NCBI GenBank assembly: GCA_002633005.1
Contig: NMRA01000377.1
Location: 320,619 to 384,618, forward strand
Origin: Phoronis australis
Lineage: Eukaryota > Animalia > Phoronida
Reading direction: 5' to 3'
Length of the DNA: 64,000 nucleotides
Numbering within the stretch: position 1 is the stretch's first letter; each line of letters begins with the position of its first letter. Shown piece by piece: positions 12,102 to 24,100 of the stretch. The notes beneath the pieces are model-generated. The model was not told where the DNA came from and did no database searches. It saw nothing but the letters and a program-made list of their open reading frames with translations. The position numbers and the translations under genes were made by a program.

Positions 12102-15100
12102 GTAAGTACACGGAAATGTGTGACAATCTATAGCTTTGTATCATTGGTTTACGTCAGAAAATGAAAAAAAAAAAAATTCTTTCAGTAGTTAAGGTATATC
12201 CGTGAGATTAAGAGAAATTTTGGAACCAAGAAGAGCTCAAATATTTAGAATTTCTTCTCATTTATTGATGGTATATTTGTGTGTGATCTCATATTTTATA
12301 AACGCGTTGTCGATTGCAGAAAGACATTTCTGGTCCGTTTGGTGTTAGTACTATAGCTTGTCCTGATGTATGAACTCATTTTTTATAAACGTTCGGAAAA
12401 CATTCGGAATCTATATGTGACCAAAGAGTCTTGCAAGATTGCTCAGCTAGTGGAGAATTACTACACTGTATGTCATTCGGTTTTAGTCCCACACTTGAAA
12501 AGCGCCAGTTCTATTTGTAGTCAAAAGCAGTTCAGCTATTAAAATGAATTCTTGTATTTAGAATCTACGAAAACTAATTTCTGACGTTCAACTAATGTAA
12601 ATTTATTCTAATTTTGTTGTATTTCAACATGTTGTCTTGGATTTGTTTAAAATTATACAATCAAAAGACGAAGCAAGAGCTCTAAAACTAGACTACTTGG
12701 TCACGCGTGGGAGTTGGCATTCCATTCCTCCAGTTGTAGGTTTGATGAATGGAACACGAATAACACCCTGTGGCGCAATCAAATCAGCTGCGAACGGTAT
12801 AGATGACGAAAAAATTGACTATCCAACATTCATGAAGTCCCACAATTAATTTAACACCCTAGTAAACGAAAGCCCCGAGGAAAAGTCGATCTATGCCCAT
12901 TGTTTGATTCACACTCAAACTGAGGGTGGGATGGGCGAATTTATTGTTGAAAAGCAAACAGGAATGTAGTAAAGTAAAGTAAAAAAGCGAAAAGCAAATT
13001 TGTACAGGGATTCATAAAACATTCGCCGAGACTGTAAACTGGGCGTTGTTAGAACACCTTTGACCTCGTGAACACAATAGATTGAATATAGAGAAATTTA
13101 ATACATGTACAAAACACGACATTCGGTATTTCTGATTCAACTCAACTTTAAACCCAAAGTCGGCCTAGCACATCAAAACATTGTTTGCTGAAGGACCGAG
13201 ACGCATAATATGAGATATGATTAAATCTTCTCAAGTCTGAAAGTAATTAAATTTGGAGCCGTGTATCAATGAAAGGCATGTAATTTACTGGACGCGAAGA
13301 TAACCCAGAGTATAGAACTGTCATTCATGAATGGCGGGGGTTTCATTAACCAAACATTAGGTTTAAGCAACAGCAAGTTCCATACGCTTTCAGCAACAAT
13401 TTCAAACGCAACTGAGTACATATTACACAGCAACATAGACGTTGGAAAACAGCGATTCCTCTTAAGGGATCAAGGTTTTTCAACGTCCGTGGCGAGTCAC
13501 AGATTTTTATAACTTGTGATACCTCAGAGGCATTGCTAAATATCCAGCATAGGTGTGATTCAAGTAGTTGTTGTTGTAAAGACAATAATTATAGCGTACG
13601 AAGCAAAAATGTGTTTTGAATTTACAAAGTTTAACGTTAAGCCTGTACAGTAACATTATCAGCACTAAAACAGCTCCTACGCCAGGCCCGTAGCCAGCAT
13701 TGGACGGGGGGTGGTTCGAATTTCTAGAAAGGTGGACCTTTTGCAAACGTCAACACTCAAGTTCTTGGTAAGGCGCTTGTCGCAGGTTAATTATGGGGAA
13801 GGGAAATATGTATCCGCGGCAACGATGGCTCTCAGCTCTATGCTCCTGAGATAAGACGGAATTTGTAATACCAGAAATGAGGATGTCGTGACGATTGCTC
13901 GCAAACAACAGGAATTAAATTCGGTCGTAATGTGATCCATAAATATAACCTAACGTTCTCGCCATACCGTGAATAATGAGCTTACAAGGAATTCACGCCT
14001 TTCTAAAGATGTGCGGAAAGTTTCACTGCCCTTCTGAGCGGCTTTCACCGGGATGCAAAGAGAGTGCATCGTCGGTGTCGGATACGGTTGTGTTGACCGC
14101 ATTGTCCTGCGCGAGCAAGACCCAATTAAGTGTAATTGTCCAACCATAAACTGTCGTAATCATCACTGCCTGTACGTAATGGTGAATTTTCAAATTGCAT
14201 TTATCAATAATTTTCGTTAAAAAGGAATACCATGGCGGTACTCAGCGGTAAAAACAACCAAGTTAGGTTTTCGATTATTAAAAATCGATGAACTTAAAAA
14301 GCTAAAAACAGCAAACATTGGGTACGATTGAAGATAAACGATCGTGCGTATCGATACAATCGGGGGATTTACAAACGCTGATCAGAGTTGCCAATATATC
14401 ACATTTATTATTCTTTTAATATTCTTTCAATCTCGTTTAACCAGATCTTTGACTAGGAAACAGTTGTATTTAACTTGTGCCCACTCTATATTTTTATGGC
14501 TGACAAAAAGCTACATTAGTTATATAGTTAGTGCAACCAAAATCGTCCAGAGATTCCAAATCTTCAGTTTGGCTATCACCATTTGCACTTCTGTACACAT
14601 TTCATGATTTGAGTTCTAATAAAGATTAAACTTGAACTAATGACATGTGGTTTTGTTCGCTGTGAAATGTTTAGTGTAGCTGCAATCTGGAAAGTTCAGG
14701 GATGGGTTCACAATTAATTAAACTAATTAAGTTTCGGTGGTGATCAAATCTACTACTGTTTTTGGTACTTCAAGTTTAAAATAAAGTAAAAAGATATCAA
14801 CCCGTTCCTGGTAAGAAAAAAACAAGTATGAAAATGAAATAACACAAACCGGCATGAAACATTTAAAACCATCGTTCCTTTCGGAAGCTGTCCACGGTCA
14901 AGATAAACATAAATTAACATTTTTAGTCATTTTGTAATGTTTAAAATGTACCAAGTTAAAACTGCTCGCTACAGTTGCAGACTGTAACTTTGTGAAAATG
15001 CCAGAGACAACCAATTTAGGTGAACTAACAACCATCATTCTTGAGACAGTAGTGCTAGCTATTACCTTTCGACTTCATTAGCTCAAATCTACACCAATAC

Positions 15101-18100
15101 AAAGGGCGACCTGAATAGGCATCATAAAAGTTATCTGGGGCTAAAAAAAACTTTAGAAGGTAGCTAACCTTCGGAGTAGTGAACCTTCGGTCATGTACTT
15201 GTAATCTTGGAAATCTTTTCCATCAAAATTGTTGCTCGTACGAAATCTGCGAAGCTGTGTACCATTGACATTGACTGACAAGAGAAGACTTTCTCCATTA
15301 AGTTTTAATTAGGTCAAGACTTACCTAATAATGTGAACATGCGGGGATTTCTCAGTGCAAGAATACACGGTAGCTAAATGTCTGAGTTTTGAGAAACGAT
15401 AGAGTAGTCAGTGAACTTACCGTCGGCGTGTACTGAATTTAATAGAACGGAAACGCACACACGTGTACACGCATGCATGTCAATCCACCAATCCACAATC
15501 AAAGTGGACACTTGATGATCAAGATATTTGGGGATCACTTTAAATTTCTAAATTTGAAAATGCTTGCAATTAATCCAAACTATGCTAGAAAGTACACCAA
15601 AGTAGCAAATATCAAACCCATTTTCTGCTGTTTTGTTTATCGCACTACATTTGGGTATCTCGCTCGATGCTATAAAGTTTGGGCTAGGCATAGACATTTA
15701 CTTCTAGACTTCTTTGTTACCCTATGGTGTAGACAGAGACCTAGCGCTATCAATGCCGATGAATAACATAAAACATCCTCTAATCGTCATATACGCAGTC
15801 ACCACTCGGGCCGGATACGACCCGATGATTATGTAAAGCGCTTATCATCAGAAGCAAATTCAAAATTACTATTAACTTATTTATGATTGTGGTTAGTAGA
15901 ACTTATAGTTACAACATTTTTTTGTCCATCTAGTAAACCCTATCTTATCCTCATTAGATAGGCACGGGCTGGACCTTTTCCTCGGAGAGGGGTTCCATCG
16001 AACCCCCGGAACCCCCCTGGCTACAGGGCTGCTAATGCGAATGCGAACCTAGAACCTTCGCGGTCACAATCATACTTAGAAATAACAAAAATTAGCAGTG
16101 ATAACAACAATAACAACAATGATAACAACAACAATAATAACTTATAAGAATAATGATAATAACAGTGATATTTGCAATAACATGTTTGAGTAATTATTGT
16201 TATTACTAATTATCCATGTTATTATAATTATTGCTGTCGCTGTTCTAGTTACTAATTATTATTATTATTATTAACAGCATAATAATTAATATTCCTTTAT
16301 CAACGATTATTGCTATTGCAATAATTATTACTACTATAACCACTTGGTATTATTATTACTATAACAATCATTATAACTACTATTATTACTAATTATTATC
16401 ATTACTTGTGGCGGGACAGGCTGCCGCCCATTAGTGCTAGTCACTATTCATATTCTGGTGTCAATTGTGACTTTGAGCTATTTGTTGGCTAGTTATTGAT
16501 AGGCAAATGCCCATGCTGGTTCTTTGGATACCGCGAGGTTTGAGTCAATCTTTTATCAGAGTTTGTGAAGCGTGGTTCATCGTTGACATACTTACAAAAT
16601 ACGATGAAAGTGCAGTCACTGGTCTTATTATTTACTTGTGAACTGATACTGTTTATGACCATCATCAAAGGAATGCCGACAAGTTTTCAGGGAGTTAGTC
16701 AAGGTGCAGAACAAAACGGTTTTCCAACTACATATATTAACTCAGTTGTTCAATAATAAACCTATTTCTTATATTTCGGGCACAAGGAATTCGTTCAGTG
16801 ACAGAACTTATGTTCAAAATGTGTAAACCTTTAATTATATTTATAGGACGTCAATGCTAAAGGAAAACTTCTTGTGAGCTTTCGGAATTTCAACAACCCC
16901 AAACACATCGCATTTGATCAGGACTGTTGTGACGGCGTGTTACTGGGAAGTGGGACATGTACTGGCACGTGTGATCCGGCGTTTGTATTGTGCATGGGAT
17001 GGAACGGCACGTAAGTGGAAACCAGAACAGGGTCCTCTTTCATAAAAAGACTACTTCTTTGTCATTGAGCATGGTGTTTCCAATGTAACTATCACAGCTG
17101 AGCAAAACACAGCATTTTTCGGACATACATAGTAAGCATACACTTCTTTATCAGCAAAAGAGAAATAAAATTGTCCAACGGGCAAGGTCTCTTTTATTTT
17201 CATCCTTGTTCTCTACGCTCTCTATCACATGTCCAAGGTAAAGAGGACGAGTGCACCCGGAACACCACGGGTATTTCGCAGCCTCAAATTTCCACTCGGC
17301 GGTACATTCATCTACGCATGTGCGAAATTCAGACATGCATTCGGTCATTCTCCAGTTTGGAGGTCACATGAATTAAGCCACTAAATGCACAGAGAACGTT
17401 CATCTACCAAGAGAAGGTTAAGGCTATGAAAATACACGAGTTGTTCTGGATGGGCCCAATGTTCTTTCATTCCATAAACTATTTCAAGCAAGTTACTTTT
17501 TACATTTTATTTCACTAGCATTGATATATTAAAATTAAAAAAAGATGACATTATTGTCCATAAATCGAATTTACATTATATCTGGGCATAAGTGACTTTA
17601 GCTGACCTGGCACGTCGATTTCCTCTGTGCTTGCACTTGCAAAGGAAACCTCATAGCAGACGCAACATACCAGGATGAGATCCTGCAGCATTCAGCAATA
17701 CCGCATGATTCACCGTTTACAACAGGCACGTAAGCAATGCAGTACATTACAATGCTCTGCGCATGCGTATAGAAGCACGTCATAAAAATTCCGCAACTTT
17801 CGTCATCTCTCTGCTTTAACAATGAAAAATCTACAATGAAGTTTAACATATTCTAAATTTCTGATAACCGGAAAAGTTGAATCACACTGAACTTCACTTT
17901 TGAGAAAATCGGAAAAAATAAAAAAACACAAACGGCTGTTTTCGAAGTTTTCTTGTTAATGATGTCTTTAACAAAAGACGGCATGAACAATCACGGATGT
18001 TTTAGCCATTCTCTGTTTCAGTAGCAGCGCATGTACCGGGGCAGGTCAGTTAGAAGCTGTTGAAGCTACAAACGAGAACTTCACGTTTGCTGACCAATCT

Positions 18101-21100
18101 AATGTCCTCATAGATTTTGAAGAGTGGAATGTAAGTATATTTATTATTGGGATAACTATGGAAATCCGGAACGGAAAATACTCCAGTACACACATTCTTT
18201 TTGCAAGACAAAAATATAATCAAAATCAAAATTTATCATGCCAGATCAGGACCAAAATTCAACACGTCAGATCCGAGAATTTATCACGCCAGGACAGAAA
18301 ATAAAAAAATTTATTACGTTAGGAAAATTTCACACGTCCGGAAAATTTTACACATCAGGAAAATTTTGTGAGACCACGTGACCATCCACAAGCACGTTAC
18401 CCCTCGAAGAGATGACGTAATGTGTACACAATGTCTAGCCGACGACAGTCATATTATCGTGACAATAATGTTGAATTTCTGTCGTCTCTTCCACGTTTTC
18501 CAACAGAAGCCAAATGTACACTTGGATACACTAGTCTTGAATACGACTGAGTTTTACAGACACAGCGGATCGTCATTGTCAGGTGGTCTCCTGGCATAAA
18601 ATTTTCTCCTGGCAAGAAATTTTCTCCTAGCCAGAAAGTCCATGTCCGGACGTGATAAATTTTGTGTCCTTGCTAGATAAACTATAGGTTCTGGATAGTT
18701 AAATTTTGGTTTTGAATCTATCTTTTGGTCATGCAGAGAATTTTATTCTCGAATAGAAAATTTGTGTCCTGGATTTTTCCGCGTTGGCTTTCCATAGATA
18801 AATAATTTGCTCATTGTTCAAGGTGTACTAATATACAAAAAATCTGCAAGGTCACAAATTCAACTGCAACAGATTGAGTAATTTAAAGATGAAATATATC
18901 AAGTTCTTTACCACATGGAGGCTCATGGTCCCTAGCTTTTGTACTCGATATCGAAAATATTTGTGACTTTTTCATTCTACTGACTATAGGTACTCGAGTA
19001 TAATATGGTTCTCTAATCCAATTTCTGACGTAAAAACTCAAAATTTCGTTTCAGATTTCGAGATTTTGAATTACAATAATCGAACTTGTAACTTAAAAAT
19101 GCTTGGGTCTTCAAATACTTACTAGGATTTAGAGAGTGATCCACGTAAGCTACTACATAATCACGCTCAGGATAATAGAAAATTATCTCGAGTTTGTACT
19201 AAGGTAGAACGGGGGTCAAAAAGAATTTCAAGTACTATGATTTGACACAGAGCCAGGACTGGTCTTTGGAATGAACCTAAAGATTTTTTGCATTGCGACT
19301 ACACTCAGCTAAAGTCTTTGTGACAAAAGTTTTTCGGAATATACATGAGCGCAAAATTGTAGAATTCTACAGTGATACACCCAAGTGAAAATTTTTAAGA
19401 AAAAATCCGAAAAATGCTCCGCAAAAAAGAATGCCATGGTTGGGGCTTACGCTTACTTACGTAAAAAAGCAAATTTGACTATCGTGCAAATTTTAGGCAG
19501 GAAAAAGATTTAAAGCATTTTCCTTAGTCCAGAACAAAAGACATTTTCCCAGTTTTATTATTAAACGTAGACTAAGAACTTCCATATAACTTTATAAAAT
19601 ATTTACTTGCGTCCCCACGGTAAAAGGTGAATGTTCATTCTCTTTAGATTGCATACTTTGGAGCTAAACATAAAATGAGCGCTGAGCCATTTTTGGTGAT
19701 TTCAATTATTGGGGACAAGTAAAACAACACAAGAATAATATGTTAAGTTGTATTGGGAATTTCAGGGTCACAGATCTACCTTAATTACAAGAGTTAACAC
19801 AAACATTTGAGGTACACAATGAGTAATTGGGTATCACAGATTAGTATAATACCAAATAGGTACTAATACCAAATGGGAAATGGCCGATTACCTACCAAGT
19901 TGGTCGAGCAAAACGGCAAATTCAATAATAAGTACCAAATGGGTACAAACTGCCAATGGGCAAATATTATAAAGTACCAAGTGGGTACACCAAACGGCCA
20001 ACTGGACTTAACAACCTGGCAAAGCAGGTTGCGCACAAGCTGAGGGAGCAGACGAGCCGGAGAGATAAAAAAGATATTGTAAGGAACGTGGTGTTGTGGC
20101 TTAGTTTGTGTCGAGAGATGTGACCGGGGTGGAGAGAGGCAATCCACAGTGACAGACGCTAAAGCGCAGTTTTGGTCGCTAACCAATGAAGTCTTCTCCT
20201 GCTTGACGGCAACGCGTTCCGGGCTTGAAGGAGGTACCAGCAGTGACTGTAATAAGAACTATAACCAGCAGCAGATTTTGTTCGACTCAGGGTAGGGAGG
20301 GTGGGATAGGTATATAACTGTTTCATTGCCGGAGATTTTGTTTAGCACCGCCTCACTGGAGTGAGATTAACTAAAAAACTTACTATTGTGTTACAGAATG
20401 GTGGGTGGTCTTTCCCTAAAGTTGTGTTAGAGAGCTGGATGGGAAAGTCGTTGTTAATATCTGTTGATAAGACAAAGTACAATATCAAAGGGTCCAAAAC
20501 TAAAGGAATGCCACCGTTTTTGTTTTTGTCCATTTGTCAACTCTGCCNTCACGACAGGCAGGACCAAAATTCAACACGTCAGATCCGAGAATTTATCACA
20601 CCAGAACAGAAAATTAAAAAAATTATTACGTCAGGAAAATTTCACACGTCCGGAAAATTTCACACGTCAGGAAAATTTTGTGAGACCACGTGACCATCCA
20701 CAAGCACGTTACCCCTCGAAGAGATTACGAAATGTGTACACAATGTCTAGCCGACGACAGTCATATTATCGTGACAACAATGTTGAATTTCTGTCGTCTC
20801 TTCCACGTTTTCCAACAGAAGCCAAATGTACACTTGGATACCCTAGTCTTGAATACGACTGAGTTTCACAGACACAGCGGATCGTTATTGTCGGGTGGTC
20901 TCCTGGCATAAAATTTTCTCCTGGCAAGACATTTTCTCCTAGCCAGAAAGTCCATGTCCGGACGTGATAAATTTTGTGTCCTGGCTAGATAAACTATAGG
21001 TTCTGGATAGTTAAATTTTGGTTTTGAATATATTTTTTTGGTCATGCAGAGAATTTAATTCTCGAATAGAAAATTTGTGTCCTGGATTTTTCCGCGTTGG

Positions 21101-24100
21101 CTTTCCGTAGATAAATAATTTGCTCATTGTTCAGGGTGTACTAATATACAAGAAATCTGCAAGGTCACAAATTCAACTGGAACAGATTGAGTAATTTTAA
21201 GATGAAATATATCAAGTTCTTTACGACATGGGGGCTCATGGTCCCTAGTTTTTGTACTCGATATCGAAAATATTTGTGACTTTTTTCATTCTACTGACTA
21301 TAGGTACTCGAGTATAATATGGTTCTCTAATCCAATTTCTGACGTAAAAACTCAAAATTTCGTTTAAGATTTCGAGATTTTGAATTACAATAATCGAACT
21401 TGTAACTTAAAAATGCTTGGGTCTTCAAATACTTAATAGGATTTAGAGAGTGATCCACGTAAGCTACTACATAATCACGCTCAGGATGATAGAAAATTAT
21501 CTTGAGTTTGTACTAAGGTAGAACGGGGGTCAAAAAGAATTTCAAGTACTATGATTAGACACAGAGCCAGGACTGGTCTTTGGAATGAACCTAAAGATTT
21601 TTTGCCTTGCGACTACACTCAGCTAAAGTCTTTGTGACAAAAGTTTTTCGGAATATACATGAGCGCAAAAATTGTAGAATTCTACAGCGATACACCCAAG
21701 TGAAAATTTTTAAGAAAAAATCCGAAAAATGCTCCGCAAAAAAGAATGCCATGGTTGGGGCTTAGGCTTACTTACGTAAAAAAGCAAATTTGACTATCGT
21801 GCAAATTTTAGGCAGGAAAAAGATTTAAAGCGATCTTTGTATTAGAAAATGTCGCTTTAATATTTCTGAAAAATTAATTATACATTTTCCTTAGTCCAGA
21901 ACAAAAGACATTTTCCCAGTTTTATTATTAAACGTAGACTAAGAACTTGCATATAACTTTATAGAATATTTACTTGCGTCCCCACGGTAAAAGGTGAATG
22001 TTCATTCTCTTTAGATTGCATACTTTGGAGCTAAACATAAAATGAACGCTGGGCCTTTTTTGGTGATTTCAATTATTGGGGACAAGTAAAACAACACAAG
22101 AACAATATGTTAAGTTGTATTGGGAATTTCAGGGTCACAGATCTACAAATAATTATTTCAGAGAAGATACCAGATGGGCACCTTAATTACAAGAGTTAAC
22201 ACAAACATTTGAGGTACACAATGAGTAATTGGGTATCACAGATTAGTATAATACCAAAAAAGTACTAATACCAAATGGGAAATGGCCGATTACCTACCAA
22301 GTTGGTCGAGCAAAACGGCAAATTCAATAATAAGTACCAAATGGATACAAACTGCCAAATGGGCAAATATTATAAAGTACCAAGTGGGTACACCAAACGG
22401 CCAACTGGGCTTAACAACCTGGCAAAGCAGGTTCCGCACAAGCTGAGGGAGCAGACGAGCCGGAGAGATAAAAAAGATATTGTAAGGAACGTGGTGTTGT
22501 GGCTTAGTTTGTGTCGAGAGATGTGACCGGGGTGGAGAGAGGCAATCCACAGTGACAGACGCTAAAGCGCAGTTTTGGTCGCTAACCAATGAAGTCTTCT
22601 CCTGCTTGACGGCAACGCGTTCCGGGCTTGAAGGAGGTACCAGCAGTGACTGTAATAAGAACTATAACCAGCAGCAGATTTTGTTCGACTCAGGGTAGGG
22701 AGGGTGGGATAGGTATATAACTGTTTCATTGCCGGAGATTTTGTTTAGCACCGCCTCACTGGAGTGAGATTAACTAAAAAACTTACTATTGTGTTACAGA
22801 ATGGTGGGTGGTCTTTCCCTAAAGTTGTGTTAGAGAGCTGGATGGGAAAGTCGTTGTTAATATCTGTTGATAAGACAAAGTACAATATCAAAGGGTCCAA
22901 AACTAAAGGAATGCCACCGTTTTTGTTTTTGTCCATTTGTCAACTCTGCCCCCATTCATCTGCCAATGCAGACTAACTTAAACTGACAGTCTGTTCTGAC
23001 CCATTATTTCAATTTTGACTCATTATTTTAATTTTGACCAAGTATGCCCATTCCCATCCATTCTATCCATTTTCACTAGTTAGACCATCACTCACTCGTT
23101 AAGTAGGTTTCATTTCAATCTAAAACTAAAGGTAATTTGTAGCACACATAGTTTTTGATCCATCATTTTGAAATGGACATTATAGGACAAAATGGACAGC
23201 CGTGGGTCAGTATATAGATATTTCTTTACAGGGTGATACACAAAATGGACAGCCGTGGGTCAGTATATAGGTATTTCTTTACAGGGTGGTACACAATTGC
23301 TGATAACTGCAGAAGACTATGACACAGCAACGACACAACTTATCGACAGGTTTGTCGTAACACACAAACAGGAAGTTTGTGATGAAAACGAGGCCGCCGC
23401 CATCAATAGCTGCAACACCATGGTCGCGACCGGAAGTCGAAAGAATCCTACCACGTAAGTCTCATTTTCAACAATTTAAAAATATCGTAGTGTAGTTCGC
23501 TGAGGAAACGACATATGCAAGAATTTATGTACTCGTTTATGTAGCTAGACTTTTTGCCACCTATTTCGATACATGTGAGTGCCCTGGCCTAGTGTTATCA
23601 ACATTCTGGGGACAACTAAGTCGTGCGGCATTCTCGAGTGTCTTCCCGAACCCTGGACGGACTGAAAAGGGTAAATAGACAATTAGAAGTTAAAAGAGAT
23701 ACCTTAGCAACGGCAGTTGTCTGGGGCTTACTCTTGGAAGTGGTACACTTCCACTGCCATAACTACTGTACCCCATGCGTTACGTCGCCTTTATGATAGT
23801 TTAAATCAATTAATTTGAAGCCGAAAACCATGAGCTTCTAAACTATAGGCGTACTTTAATGCCACTCAATTTTCCAGCGCATTTGCATATTGCGTGAAAA
23901 GCAGTGGCAAATGATTGGAGGCGATGTTTGCTGATGACTCAGACCGCGCCCCGTTTTGTTTCAGTTTGGAGATATGTATGGCGGCGTTCTGCGACAAGCA
24001 CTATTATACAGCCGACTGCTCCGTGTTGTGCGTTCCCCAGGACGACTGTTACGGACACTACACGTGCAACCAGACAACGGGCAGAAAGATGTGTAACAAA

